Shown here in pieces: positions 36,257-45,897 of a stretch of DNA of 64,000 nt. The notes under the pieces are model-generated. The model searched no databases, was not told the DNA's origin, and saw nothing but the letters and a program-made list of their open reading frames with translations. How positions within the stretch are numbered: the first letter of the stretch is position 1; every line of letters begins with the position of its first letter. Position numbers and translations under genes: made by a program. The stretch comes from Escherichia phage ZCEC14: the sequence record OP168898.1; one strand, written 5' to 3'.

Positions 36257-37095
36257 TTCAATTCGTAATTCCGAGCTATCAACGTGTAGGGGCAGTTTCT
36301 GCCCTTGATATGTTTCCGACTGATTATGAACCGCATATTGTAGTACGTGAACATGAAGAAAAAGCTTATTACGATGCCTATGGGTCTAGAGCTAAAATTA
36401 TAACTATTCCTGATGATGTAAATGGAATTGCTGGAACTCGTAAAGCAATTACTGATATGTATGCAGGTCAACGAATCTGGATGATTGACGATGATACTAC
36501 TATTCGTATGAGTTCAATGCGAAAAAGAGATGATCGTCGTTGCGTAGATAAAGTCAATCAATTGACTCGTGAACAGTTCTATGAATTGATTCAATATGTT
36601 GAGGATGCCATGGATTGCGGGTATTATCATGGCCATGCTCGTCTACCTATTTTTAAAATTACTTCATCTTGGGGTAATTATCGTGAAAATTCATATGGAT
36701 TCACGAATACATGGTATGACCTCGGAAAACTTACGACAGAACAAATTGGGTATGGAAAAATTGATTTATGTGAAGATATGTATGCATTTCTCAATTTAAT
36801 TAATCAAGGTTATCCGCATTTGGCCTTGTTCAAATATCTAGTTGTATCTGGAAAAGCACAAGCTCCTGGCGGATGCAGTTCAATTCGTAGTAATTCTAAA
36901 CATAATAGAGCGCTTGAGCAAATCAATAGAGAGTTTCCAGATCAAGCTCGTTGGAAAACTTCTAATATTGAAAAACGAAAATCGTTGGGTGAAGAAGATG
37001 AACCACTAAAGGTTCTTCGTATGTGTGTTTCGCGTAAAGAAAAATCAGAAGCATTTCATAAGTTTAATGCTATTCATCCAATAGCAGTTGATTAA
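36253..37095 (+). CDS. GT-A-fold glycosyltransferase at the beta-gt locus
   Basis: 280 aa from ATG (ATGA overlap with gene 42); IPSYQR N-terminus and DXD-type motif IWMIDDDTTI; not the T4 beta-gt sequence. Confidence 0.65.
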   Translation: MIQFVIPSYQRVGAVSALDMFPTDYEPHIVVREHEEKAYYDAYGSRAKIITIPDDVNGIAGTRKAITDMYAGQRIWMIDDDTTIRMSSMRKRDDRRCVDKVNQLTREQFYELIQYVEDAMDCGYYHGHARLPIFKITSSWGNYRENSYGFTNTWYDLGKLTTEQIGYGKIDLCEDMYAFLNLINQGYPHLALFKYLVVSGKAQAPGGCSSIRSNSKHNRALEQINREFPDQARWKTSNIEKRKSLGEEDEPLKVLRMCVSRKEKSEAFHKFNAIHPIAVD

Positions 37096-37172
37096 TGCCT
37101 AAATTTATTGTGTTATAATTACTCTATCTTTAACCAGTGAGGAAAATATAATGATGCCTATGGAAAAAATGA

Positions 37173-38354
37173 ATGTCTATTGCAGATTTAAAATCCCGTT
37201 TGATTAAAGCTTCCACTTCTAAAATGACTGCTGAACTGACTACATCTAAATTCTTTAATGAAAAGGATGTAATCCGTACAAAAATCCCAATGCTTAATAT
37301 CGCTATTTCTGGTGCGATTGATGGCGGTATGCAGTCTGGTTTAACTATTTTCGCAGGGCCTTCTAAACACTTTAAATCAAATATGTCTTTGACTATGGTT
37401 GCGGCGTATTTGAACAAATATCCTGACGCGGTTTGTCTATTCTATGATAGCGAATTTGGTATTACTCCTGCTTATTTGCGATCCATGGGAGTTGACCCGG
37501 AACGAGTAATTCATACACCAATTCAGTCAGTTGAACAGCTGAAAATTGATATGGTGAATCAGCTTGAAGCTATTGAGCGTGGTGAAAAAGTTATTGTATT
37601 CATCGACTCAATCGGTAATATGGCTTCTAAGAAAGAAACTGAAGATGCCTTGAATGAAAAATCTGTGGCAGATATGACTCGTGCTAAATCGCTGAAGTCA
37701 TTATTTCGTATTGTTACTCCTTATTTTAGTATTAAAAACATTCCGTGCGTTGCGGTTAACCATACAATTGAAACAATTGAAATGTTTAGTAAAACCGTGA
37801 TGACAGGTGGTACAGGCGTAATGTATTCGGCTGATACTGTATTCATTATCGGTAAGCGCCAGATTAAAGATGGTTCTGATCTTCAGGGGTATCAATTTGT
37901 TCTAAATGTAGAAAAATCTCGTACCGTTAAAGAAAAAAGTAAATTCTTTATTGATGTTAAATTTGACGGTGGTATCGATCCTTATTCTGGATTGTTAGAT
38001 ATGGCTCTAGAATTAGGATTTGTAGTAAAACCTAAGAATGGTTGGTATGCTCGTGAATTTCTTGACGAAGAAACCGGCGAGATGATTCGCGAAGAAAAAT
38101 CTTGGCGTGCAAAAGATACCAACTGCACTACATTCTGGGGTCCTTTATTTAAGCATCAACCATTCCGAGATGCTATTAAACGCGCTTATCAGTTAGGTGC
38201 TATTGATAGTAATGAAATTGTTGAAGCTGAAGTTGATGAATTGATTAACTCAAAGGTTGAAAAATTTAAATCTCCAGAAAGTAAAAGTAAATCAGCATCT
38301 GATTTAGAAACTGACCTCGAACAGTTAAGTGATATGGAAGAATTTAATGAATAA
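37173..38354 (+). CDS. uvsX: recombinase UvsX (RecA-like)
   Basis: 393 aa; Walker A GPSKHFKS; matches T4 UvsX. Confidence 0.9.
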   Translation: MSIADLKSRLIKASTSKMTAELTTSKFFNEKDVIRTKIPMLNIAISGAIDGGMQSGLTIFAGPSKHFKSNMSLTMVAAYLNKYPDAVCLFYDSEFGITPAYLRSMGVDPERVIHTPIQSVEQLKIDMVNQLEAIERGEKVIVFIDSIGNMASKKETEDALNEKSVADMTRAKSLKSLFRIVTPYFSIKNIPCVAVNHTIETIEMFSKTVMTGGTGVMYSADTVFIIGKRQIKDGSDLQGYQFVLNVEKSRTVKEKSKFFIDVKFDGGIDPYSGLLDMALELGFVVKPKNGWYAREFLDEETGEMIREEKSWRAKDTNCTTFWGPLFKHQPFRDAIKRAYQLGAIDSNEIVEAEVDELINSKVEKFKSPESKSKSASDLETDLEQLSDMEEFNE

Positions 38355-38691
38355 AGATGATTTAGATTTAGATCTAGAAATTATCGATGAATCCCCCTCT
38401 TCGGAGGGGGAAGAAGAAAGAAAAGAACGTCTTTTTAATGAGTCTCTTAAGATAATTAAATCCGCTATGGAAAATGTTATCCAGGAGATTGTCATTAAAC
38501 TAGAAGATGGTTCTACACACATTGTGTATGTGACAAAATTAGATTGGGTTGATGGAAAAGTCGTAATGGACTTTGCTGTTCTTGACCAAGAAAGAAAAGC
38601 TGAGTTAGCTCCTCATGTAGAAAAATGTATTACAATGCAACTACAAGATGCATTTAATAAAAGGTCAAAGAAAAAATTTAAATTCTTTTAA
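38347..38691 (+). CDS. 40: gp40 (head vertex assembly factor)
   Basis: 114 aa from in-frame ATG overlapping uvsX stop; position between uvsX and 41. Confidence 0.65.
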   Translation: MNKDDLDLDLEIIDESPSSEGEEERKERLFNESLKIIKSAMENVIQEIVIKLEDGSTHIVYVTKLDWVDGKVVMDFAVLDQERKAELAPHVEKCITMQLQDAFNKRSKKKFKFF

Positions 38692-38700
38692 GGAGTAAGT

Positions 38701-40128
38701 GTGGTAGAAATTATTCTTTCTCATCTCATATTTGATCAAGCTTATTTTTCAAAAGTTTGGCCATATATGGATTCAGAATATTTTGAAAGTGGTCCAGCTA
38801 AAAATACATTCAAATTAATTAAATCTCATGTCAATGAGTATCATAGCGTTCCATCTATTAATGCGTTAAATGTTGCATTAGAAAATAGTTCATTTACTGA
38901 AACAGAATATTCTGGTGTAAAAACACTTATTTCAAAACTAGCTGATTCTCCGGAAGACCACAGTTGGTTAATAAAAGAAACAGAAAAATATGTTCAGCAA
39001 AGGGCGATGTTTAATGCTACGTCTAAAATAATCGAAATTCAAACTAATGCTGAGCTTCCTCCGGAAAAACGAAATAAGAAAATGCCGGATGTTGGTGCTA
39101 TTCCTGACATCATGCGTCAAGCATTATCAATTTCATTTGATAGTTACGTTGGTCATGATTGGATGGATGACTACGAAGCACGTTGGCTATCTTATATGAA
39201 TAAAGCGCGTAAGGTTCCATTTAAACTCAAAATTCTAAACAAAATTACTAAAGGCGGAGCTGAAACTGGAACACTGAATGTTTTAATGGCTGGTGTTAAC
39301 GTTGGTAAGTCATTAGGATTGTGTTCATTAGCAGCAGATTATTTGCAGCTCGGACATAATGTTCTTTACATTTCCATGGAAATGGCAGAAGAAGTCTGTG
39401 CTAAACGTATTGACGCTAATATGCTTGATGTTTCTCTTGATGACATTGATGATGGGCATATTTCTTACGCTGAGTATAAAGGAAAAATGGAAAAATGGCG
39501 TGAGAAATCTACTCTCGGTCGTTTAATCGTTAAACAGTATCCTACTGGCGGAGCAGATGCTAATACATTTCGATCACTTTTAAACGAATTGAAGCTCAAA
39601 AAGAATTTTGTTCCAACAATCATTATTGTCGACTATCTAGGTATTTGTAAATCTTGCCGCATCAGAGTTTATTCAGAAAATAGTTACACAACTGTTAAAG
39701 CTATTGCAGAGGAATTGCGTGCTTTGGCTGTTGAAACCGAAACTGTTCTTTGGACTGCAGCACAGGTTGGTAAACAAGCTTGGGACTCTTCCGATGTTAA
39801 CATGAGCGATATTGCAGAATCTGCCGGTCTTCCAGCAACAGCCGATTTTATGCTTGCAGTCATTGAAACCGAGGAGTTAGCAGCTGCTGAACAACAACTC
39901 ATTAAGCAAATCAAATCACGATATGGCGATAAGAACAAATGGAATAAGTTTTTGATGGGTGTTCAAAAAGGAAATCAGAAATGGGTAGAAATTGAACAAG
40001 ATTCTACTCCAACTGAAGTGAGTGAAGTAGCAGGTTCACAACAGATTCAGGCTGAGCAGAATCGCTATCAAAGAAATGAATCCACTCGAGCTCAGTTAGA
40101 TGCTTTGGCAAATGAATTAAAATTTTAG
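38701..40128 (+). CDS. 41: replicative DNA helicase gp41
   Basis: 475 aa; DnaB-family motifs; GTG start after SD aaggag. Confidence 0.9.
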   Translation: MVEIILSHLIFDQAYFSKVWPYMDSEYFESGPAKNTFKLIKSHVNEYHSVPSINALNVALENSSFTETEYSGVKTLISKLADSPEDHSWLIKETEKYVQQRAMFNATSKIIEIQTNAELPPEKRNKKMPDVGAIPDIMRQALSISFDSYVGHDWMDDYEARWLSYMNKARKVPFKLKILNKITKGGAETGTLNVLMAGVNVGKSLGLCSLAADYLQLGHNVLYISMEMAEEVCAKRIDANMLDVSLDDIDDGHISYAEYKGKMEKWREKSTLGRLIVKQYPTGGADANTFRSLLNELKLKKNFVPTIIIVDYLGICKSCRIRVYSENSYTTVKAIAEELRALAVETETVLWTAAQVGKQAWDSSDVNMSDIAESAGLPATADFMLAVIETEELAAAEQQLIKQIKSRYGDKNKWNKFLMGVQKGNQKWVEIEQDSTPTEVSEVAGSQQIQAEQNRYQRNESTRAQLDALANELKF

Positions 40129-40157
40129 TTTACAAGCTGACAAGACTATGGTATAGT
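40128..40157 (+). promoter_or_regulatory. early sigma70-type promoter inside stem-loop
   Basis: -35 GTTTAC 40128-40133, -10 TATAGT 40152-40157; inverted repeat caagacta/tagtcttg. Confidence 0.7.
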
Positions 40158-40186
40158 AGTCTTGTTGGTTAAATGAGGAGATTGTT

Positions 40187-40369
40187 ATGGAATTGGTAAA
40201 GGTAGTTTTTATGGGGTGGTTTAAGAACGAAAGCATGTTTACTAAAGAAATCACAATGATGAAAGATGACGTTCAATGGGCTACTACTCAATATGCTGAA
40301 GTTAATAAAGCATTAGTTAAAGCTTTCATTGATGACAAGAAAGTATGTGAAGTAGATTGCCGAGGATAA
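40187..40369 (+). CDS. dmd: Dmd, antitoxin against host RnlA/LsoA
   Basis: 60 aa; sequence and position (first ORF after gene 41) match T4 Dmd as recalled. Confidence 0.8.
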   Translation: MELVKVVFMGWFKNESMFTKEITMMKDDVQWATTQYAEVNKALVKAFIDDKKVCEVDCRG

Positions 40370-40370
40370 T

Positions 40371-40613
40371 ATGCATATTGTTTTATTTAAACCTACTCCG
40401 TATAACGTCAGGAAAAATACACAATTCAAAGCACTTATTGCAGATACGTGGGAATTGGTGCTAGATATTCCAGCAGAAGAAAGTCCTCCATTTGGTCGAG
40501 TGGAATTTATTAAGTTTGCTGTGCGCCCTACGAAGCGACAGATTCGCCAATGCAAAAGATACTTTCGTAAAATCGTCAAATTAGAGAAACAGTTATTGAT
40601 GCTAGTAAAATAG
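40371..40613 (+). CDS. hypothetical protein (61.4 position)
   Basis: 80-aa ORF. Confidence 0.5.
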   Translation: MHIVLFKPTPYNVRKNTQFKALIADTWELVLDIPAEESPPFGRVEFIKFAVRPTKRQIRQCKRYFRKIVKLEKQLLMLVK

Positions 40614-40615
40614 TA

Positions 40616-40645
40616 GTTTACAAGCTGATAGAGTTGTGTTATAGT
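40616..40645 (+). promoter_or_regulatory. early sigma70-type promoter inside stem-loop
   Basis: -35 GTTTAC 40616-40621, -10 TATAGT 40640-40645; inverted repeat gctgataga/tctatcagc. Confidence 0.7.
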
Positions 40646-40676
40646 AATTCTATCAGCTAATCGCGGAGAAAAGAAA

Positions 40677-40931
40677 ATGATGCTAGTTAATAGAGAATAT
40701 CAGTTTAAATCAGAAGAAGATTTGGAAAAATTCGCAAGTGGTTGTGAACTGAATAGACGCACAGCTAAAGTCATAGGATTAAAACCCTTTACAGTTCTAG
40801 ATTGTGAAGTTTCTAAATTCCGCAGAGGGTGTTCTATTAGCGGTCATGCTCTGGTTGATGGGAACACATTTTTCTTTGTTTTTAGCGTCAGAGAACTTTT
40901 ATTGATTAACGAACTTGAGGAAATAAAATAG
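40677..40931 (+). CDS. hypothetical protein
   Basis: 84-aa ORF. Confidence 0.5.
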   Translation: MMLVNREYQFKSEEDLEKFASGCELNRRTAKVIGLKPFTVLDCEVSKFRRGCSISGHALVDGNTFFFVFSVRELLLINELEEIK

Positions 40932-40960
40932 TTTACTTTTGTTGGAAATTGAGATACTAT
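40931..40960 (+). promoter_or_regulatory. early sigma70-type promoter
   Basis: -35 GTTTAC 40931-40936, 18-bp spacer, -10 TACTAT 40955-40960. Confidence 0.65.
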
Positions 40961-40988
40961 ATAAACATAAACTACTGAGGAGATTATC

Positions 40989-41282
40989 ATGAAAAAATTT
41001 ATCTTTGCTACAATTTTTGCTTTAGCTTCTTGCGCTGCTCAGCCTGCTATGGCAGGTTATGATAAAGATTTGTGCGAATGGTCTATGACTGCGGATCAGA
41101 CTGAGGTTGAAACCCAAATTGAAGCAGATATTATGAATATCGTTGAGCGTGATCGTCCTGAAATGAAAGATGAAGTACAAAAACAACTTAAGTCTGGCGG
41201 TGTAATGCAGTATAATTATGTTCTGTATTGCGATAAAAACTTTAATAATAAAAATATCATCGCTGAAGTGGTAGGTGAATAA
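40989..41282 (+). CDS. sp: Spackle, periplasmic superinfection-exclusion protein
   Basis: 97 aa with signal peptide MKKFIFATIFALASCAAQPAMA; matches T4 Sp as recalled. Confidence 0.8.
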   Translation: MKKFIFATIFALASCAAQPAMAGYDKDLCEWSMTADQTEVETQIEADIMNIVERDRPEMKDEVQKQLKSGGVMQYNYVLYCDKNFNNKNIIAEVVGE

Positions 41283-41294
41283 TTAGAGGTTGAT

Positions 41295-41651
41295 ATGTAT
41301 AGTTCTGAATTTTCATATTTAAAAATGGAAAAAATTTCATACGATTTTATAGATGAAAAGGTTTATTACAGTTTCCATGAACCACGTTTTAATAGTGAGG
41401 TTGGGTTTATTGTAGTAAAAGACAATTTCATTTTAAAAATATATTCGGCATTAAAGGATTTTCACTACGAAAATATTAACCTAAAATTTAATAAAGAAAA
41501 CGTTCGTAATTGCGCAGTAACAATTACAGGAAATAAAGGTACATGTGTTATGCTATCTGATGAAATTAATGATTTGCTAAATGATGCAGAAAATATTACT
41601 GCACCATCTATTGATGACCAAATTTTTAACGCTTTTATGAATAGAGGTTAA
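41295..41651 (+). CDS. hypothetical protein (61.2 position)
   Basis: 118-aa ORF. Confidence 0.5.
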   Translation: MYSSEFSYLKMEKISYDFIDEKVYYSFHEPRFNSEVGFIVVKDNFILKIYSALKDFHYENINLKFNKENVRNCAVTITGNKGTCVMLSDEINDLLNDAENITAPSIDDQIFNAFMNRG

Positions 41652-41652
41652 T

Positions 41653-41817
41653 ATGAAAACATATAAAGAATTTATCAAAGAAGATATGGTTGCTGGAGAT
41701 TCAGGTGGTAATCCTGAAAATATCTCTACTGGAACAACATCAGGTGCTGCAGTAAATAAAGGTCCTGAACAGATTCCTAAAAAGAAAAAAGAGGAATCTA
41801 AAGAAAAAGAAGAGTAA
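41653..41817 (+). CDS. hypothetical small acidic/lysine-rich protein (61.1 position)
   Basis: 54-aa ORF below track cutoff. Confidence 0.4.
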   Translation: MKTYKEFIKEDMVAGDSGGNPENISTGTTSGAAVNKGPEQIPKKKKEESKEKEE

Positions 41818-41819
41818 AA

Positions 41820-42848
41820 ATGTCATCAATACCTTGGATTGATAATGAGTTTGCGTATCGTGCATTAGCTCATTTACCTAAATTTACACAAGTAAATAAT
41901 AGTTCAACTTTTAAATTACGGTTTAGATGCCCTGTTTGTGGAGATTCAAAAACCGACCAGAATAAAGCTCGTGGATGGTATTATGGTGATAATAATGAAG
42001 GAAATATTCATTGTTATAACTGTAACTATCATGCACCAATCGGAATATATTTAAAGGAGTTTGAACCTGATTTATATCGTGAGTATATCTTTGAAATAAG
42101 AAAAGAAAAAGGTAAAAGTCGTCCAGTAGAAAAACCTAAAGAACTTCCTAAACAACCTGAGAAGAAAATAATTAAATCTCTTCCGTCATGTATTAGATTA
42201 GATAAACTGGTGGAAGACCATCCAATTATAAAATATGTAAAAGCTCGTTGTATTCCAAAGGATAAATGGAAATATCTTTGGTTTACAACCGAATGGCCTA
42301 AATTAGTTAATAGCATAGCACCGGGAACATATAAAAAGGAAATACCTGAGCCTCGTCTTGTTATTCCAATTTATAATGCTAATGGAAAAGCTGAGTCTTT
42401 TCAAGGACGTGCATTAAAGAAAGATGCTCCTCAAAAATATATCACCATCAAAGCTTATCCTGAGGCAACAAAAATCTATGGAGTCGAACGAGTTAAAGAT
42501 GGTGATGTATATGTTCTAGAAGGACCTATAGATTCACTTTTTATTGAAAATGGTATAGCTATTACGGGTGGTCAATTAGACCTAGAAGTTGTTCCATTTA
42601 AAGATAGACGCGTGTGGGTCTTAGATAATGAACCTCGTCACCCTGACACTATCAAACGAATGACTAAATTAGTTGATGCAGGAGAAAGGGTTATGTTTTG
42701 GGATAAATCTCCCTGGAAATCAAAAGATGTTAATGATATGATTAGAAAGGAAGGTGCAACCCCTGAACAAATTATGGAATATATGAAAAATAATATTGCC
42801 CAGGGGTTAATGGCTAAAATGCGGTTATCTAAATATGCTAAGATTTAA
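41820..42848 (+). CDS. 61: DNA primase gp61
   Basis: 342 aa; N-terminal zinc ribbon CPVCGDS...CYNCNYH; Toprim-like EGPIDSLF. Confidence 0.9.
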   Translation: MSSIPWIDNEFAYRALAHLPKFTQVNNSSTFKLRFRCPVCGDSKTDQNKARGWYYGDNNEGNIHCYNCNYHAPIGIYLKEFEPDLYREYIFEIRKEKGKSRPVEKPKELPKQPEKKIIKSLPSCIRLDKLVEDHPIIKYVKARCIPKDKWKYLWFTTEWPKLVNSIAPGTYKKEIPEPRLVIPIYNANGKAESFQGRALKKDAPQKYITIKAYPEATKIYGVERVKDGDVYVLEGPIDSLFIENGIAITGGQLDLEVVPFKDRRVWVLDNEPRHPDTIKRMTKLVDAGERVMFWDKSPWKSKDVNDMIRKEGATPEQIMEYMKNNIAQGLMAKMRLSKYAKI

Positions 42849-43045
42849 ATTAACCCAACTAAAGCAAATGCTAAATCTACAAATGTATCAAGAGTAACTA
42901 CTGGAATATTAACACCATGAGCAATAGCAATTGGTGATAAAACAAAATTCCAGAGTAAAATTCCTACCATAGCAGAAATAGTAAAAGCTATACGCTTTTT
43001 ATTACCTTTGATGGCATTAACAAGTGCCATTAATTTTTGTACCAT
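42845..43045 (-). CDS. small membrane protein, convergently transcribed
   Basis: 66 aa, two hydrophobic helices; SD aaggagg 4 nt before ATG; lies in the 61-56 intergenic space, stop overlaps gene 61 stop. Confidence 0.5.
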   Translation of the reverse strand: MVQKLMALVNAIKGNKKRIAFTISAMVGILLWNFVLSPIAIAHGVNIPVVTLDTFVDLAFALVGLI

Positions 43046-43116
43046 ATGTCCTCCTTATTGCTTTATATATTTATTGTATAATTAATCTACTAACCCATGA
43101 ATTGAAAGGAAAAATA

Positions 43117-43635
43117 ATGGCATACTTTAACGAATGTAGTCAACTGATTGAAGGCGCTGATAAAGCTCAAAATGAATATTGGGATATTCTTGGTGATGAA
43201 AAAGACCCGCTGCAGGTTATGCTTGATATGCAGAAATCTCTACAGGTTCGTTTAGCTAAAGATAAACCTGAATATAATCGTCATCCTGATGACTTGGCTA
43301 CTGCAGGCGAAGTTGTTGATTGGCTGCGCAATCAGAAAGATTATATTGATGATGAATTCCGTGAACTTCTGACTTCTCTTGGTGGTATGAGCAATGGTGA
43401 AAAAGATGCATCTGCTGTATGGAAGCCTTGGAAGTCGCAACATGGTGAACGTCGTGAAACTCTAATTACTGATTTGTCTCCGCAAGATCAATTGGAAATT
43501 AAATTTGAAATGATTGATATTCTCCATTTCGTTCTGAACATGTTCCAAGGTCTTGGTCTTACAGCAGAAGAAATCTTTAAACTTTATTATCTGAAAAATG
43601 CTGAAAACTTTGCTCGTCAAGACCGAGGTTATTAA
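43117..43635 (+). CDS. 56: dCTPase/dCDPase gp56
   Basis: 172 aa from ATG (MAYFNECSQLIEG...); matches T4 gp56; track start 43024 is a spurious extension. Confidence 0.85.
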   Translation: MAYFNECSQLIEGADKAQNEYWDILGDEKDPLQVMLDMQKSLQVRLAKDKPEYNRHPDDLATAGEVVDWLRNQKDYIDDEFRELLTSLGGMSNGEKDASAVWKPWKSQHGERRETLITDLSPQDQLEIKFEMIDILHFVLNMFQGLGLTAEEIFKLYYLKNAENFARQDRGY

Positions 43636-43665
43636 CAGCTCGTCTTAAAAGCCGCGAGAATTTAT

Positions 43666-43673
43666 TATAAATA
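43666..43673 (+). promoter_or_regulatory. late-promoter consensus TATAAATA (soc)
   Basis: Exact TATAAATA 31 nt upstream of soc ATG. Confidence 0.6.
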
Positions 43674-43703
43674 ATCATGTAATTTAAATAAAAGGAGAAT
43701 TAC

Positions 43704-43949
43704 ATGGCTAGTACTCGCGGTTATGTTAATATCAAAACATTTGAGCAGAAATTAGATGGAAATAAGAAAATTGAAGGAAAGGAAATTTCAGTAGCTTTCC
43801 CTCTTTATTCTGACGTTCACAAAATTTCTGGTGCTCATTACCAGACGTTCCCTTCAGAAAAAGCAGCATATACTACTGTATATGAAGAAAATCAGCGTAC
43901 TGAATGGATTGCTGCAAACGAAGATTTGTGGAAAGTAACTGGTGGTTAA
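43704..43949 (+). CDS. soc: small outer capsid protein Soc
   Basis: 81-aa ORF; sequence matches T4 Soc as recalled; SD aaggag; late promoter upstream. Confidence 0.85.
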   Translation: MASTRGYVNIKTFEQKLDGNKKIEGKEISVAFPLYSDVHKISGAHYQTFPSEKAAYTTVYEENQRTEWIAANEDLWKVTGG

Positions 43950-43957
43950 TAATTCAA

Positions 43958-43981
43958 GGACTCCTTCGGGAGTCCTTTTTT
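43958..43981 (+). terminator. intrinsic terminator
   Basis: ggactcc-ttcg-ggagtcc followed by tttttt. Confidence 0.8.
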
Positions 43982-43991
43982 CATTTAAACG

Positions 43992-44021
43992 GTTTACTTT
44001 CCAAAATGAGTATGGTATAAT
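43992..44021 (+). promoter_or_regulatory. early sigma70-type promoter
   Basis: -35 GTTTAC 43992-43997, 18-bp spacer, TGgTATAAT -10 at 44016-44021. Confidence 0.7.
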
Positions 44022-44047
44022 AGATTTATCTTATAGAGGAGAGCACT

Positions 44048-44260
44048 ATGTTAAATCGCTGGATTAAACCAAATGAAGACCTCCAGAAGGTTCTTGATAA
44101 AGCTATCTCTGATAAATGGGGTATGAAAAGCTGGGATTGTGATGTCGTCACGCATTCATTCATGATGCATGCAGATGGTTCAGTCGAGTTCAATGCTGAA
44201 ATGCGATACACTGACTGGGGTGGATTTCAAAGAGTCGAATTTCAAAGAGGCTTTTTATAA
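44048..44260 (+). CDS. hypothetical protein
   Basis: 70-aa ORF; SD aggagag. Confidence 0.5.
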   Translation: MLNRWIKPNEDLQKVLDKAISDKWGMKSWDCDVVTHSFMMHADGSVEFNAEMRYTDWGGFQRVEFQRGFL

Positions 44261-44601
44261 TGTTTATCTTTAATTGGTTTAAAAGTTTCTTTACGGATTT
44301 TTTCTCTACAACTCCCGGAGAAGGTGTAGTTCCTATTTCAAACGATTACCTTCCTTTAACTGTAGTTGAATATGTTTATATGGGAGATGGAACAGTAGAA
44401 GCAGTTACTATGACTTATGAAGAAGCCCAAGAATATTATAAAAATCCTTGGCGCTGGTCAGTACCTACTACATCATCTAACACACAGAATACACAGTCTA
44501 GTTCTGATTCATATGATACTAATGTTCCTGTTCATGTATGGACGGGCGATTCATGTGGAAGTTCTTGTGATTCTAGTTGTTCATCTACATCTTGTGATTG
44601 A
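44260..44601 (+). CDS. hypothetical protein with Cys/Ser-rich C-terminal tail
   Basis: 113 aa; tail [17 protein letters not shown]; SD aagagg. Confidence 0.5.
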   Translation: MFIFNWFKSFFTDFFSTTPGEGVVPISNDYLPLTVVEYVYMGDGTVEAVTMTYEEAQEYYKNPWRWSVPTTSSNTQNTQSSSDSYDTNVPVHVWTGDSCGSSCDSSCSSTSCD

Positions 44602-44609
44602 GGAAAATT

Positions 44610-45095
44610 ATGGAAGCGATTTTGTTTGAAATGTATATTAGCAGTAATAGTATGTCGTTTGCTAAAGATGTTCCAATTACCGTAGCAGTAATGATTGATA
44701 AGGGTTATTGTGACCCAATGTATCTCGTAGAAAATTTCGTTTCAATGCCAGTTCCAGAAGATGCTGAAATAAAACTTAAAAAGATTGGTATTATTGAAAC
44801 TGTACCAAATATTCCGTTTAGAGCAATTGAAGCATTTACTAAATCCGAATACATTAATGTTAGCGCAGAACAATATAATGATAAACCATTATCTTTTTAT
44901 TCGTACGATTCAGTATATAGTTGGAAAATAGATAAAGGAAATAAATTTATAATTGCAAGTGAAGATGCTTTATCATACTTTATTTCTTCTGTGTGGAATA
45001 GTTTACATCCAAATTTGCTAAAAATTCATGAATTTGATGATGCTCCTACTGTTGTTTTAGGTAAAACAAATGAAAGTTCTGAAGAAGATGCTTGA
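44610..45095 (+). CDS. hypothetical protein (mrh position; 161 aa)
   Basis: From in-frame ATG after SD gaggaaaat; length and position match T4 mrh but sequence identity not verified. Confidence 0.5.
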   Translation: MEAILFEMYISSNSMSFAKDVPITVAVMIDKGYCDPMYLVENFVSMPVPEDAEIKLKKIGIIETVPNIPFRAIEAFTKSEYINVSAEQYNDKPLSFYSYDSVYSWKIDKGNKFIIASEDALSYFISSVWNSLHPNLLKIHEFDDAPTVVLGKTNESSEEDA

Positions 45096-45273
45096 ATGGT
45101 TCAATAGACCAAACTCAATGTATATTGACGATGGTTGGGTTGAACAAGCAAATAAAGAAATGCAGAACGAATCAGAAGAATGGATGAAATCAATGATTAG
45201 TGCTGAGAAAGAAAAGAAATTAGAACGCTCAGCGCTTAAATTGATGAGAGACATCTATGGGGATAAATCGTGA
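45070..45273 (+). CDS. hypothetical protein
   Basis: 67-aa ORF; alternative ATG at 45088 after gaagaag. Confidence 0.4.
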   Translation: MKVLKKMLEWFNRPNSMYIDDGWVEQANKEMQNESEEWMKSMISAEKEKKLERSALKLMRDIYGDKS

Positions 45274-45281
45274 ACAGAGAT

Positions 45282-45434
45282 ATGACATTAGAAGAGGCTA
45301 AAGCTAAAGCAAATGAAGCCTTAGATTTGCTTCTTAAAATCGGTAGTAAAATGATGGAAGAAAATGAGAAATATATCCAGGAAAACAAAATTCCTGACGG
45401 TCCGTTAGTAGGCAAGAGGAAATCGCATGATTGA
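45282..45434 (+). CDS. hypothetical small protein
   Basis: 50-aa ORF below track cutoff (in-frame GTG at 45270). Confidence 0.3.
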   Translation: MTLEEAKAKANEALDLLLKIGSKMMEENEKYIQENKIPDGPLVGKRKSHD

Positions 45435-45897
45435 AGTAGCAAAACATTATTCAATAGAATTTATGTCTAAAGAAGGTAAATCAGTAAATACACTTGATAA
45501 AAAGTGCTCATTAATTATTCCTTTAGCAGAAAATCCGGATATTTTAATTAAAGATATAAAAGAAAGAAAATATCCAGAAAATGTTATTCTAATTATAAAG
45601 CATACTGAAGATATTTTGCAGAATACTGATTCACCGTTTTCTTCTTCTGAAGCTTTAACTATTAAAGGCTATAAAAGAGCTCATGAATATGGTCTTTTTG
45701 ACCTGTTTGAAGACGATAAAGTTAAATTAGCTAGTCAACCTTATAAAAGTAAAACATTCATTATTGAAGATATTAAAGATATAAATGCATTTGTTAAGAT
45801 GGTCTGGGCTCATTTTGATGTTGGACTACGCTGGAGAATGTCCGAAGAAGAAAGAAAGATTATTGAAGCTAATCGTCAATTTGGTTTTTATCGCTAG
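45427..45897 (+). CDS. hypothetical protein
   Basis: 156-aa ORF. Confidence 0.5.
   Translation: MIEVAKHYSIEFMSKEGKSVNTLDKKCSLIIPLAENPDILIKDIKERKYPENVILIIKHTEDILQNTDSPFSSSEALTIKGYKRAHEYGLFDLFEDDKVKLASQPYKSKTFIIEDIKDINAFVKMVWAHFDVGLRWRMSEEERKIIEANRQFGFYR

Noticed and set aside
43024-43116. N-terminal extension of gene 56 in the ORF track
   Set aside because: Extension starts at a non-ATG codon, has no SD and is the antisense of the convergent small gene; gene 56 starts at ATG 43117 after aaaggaaaaata.
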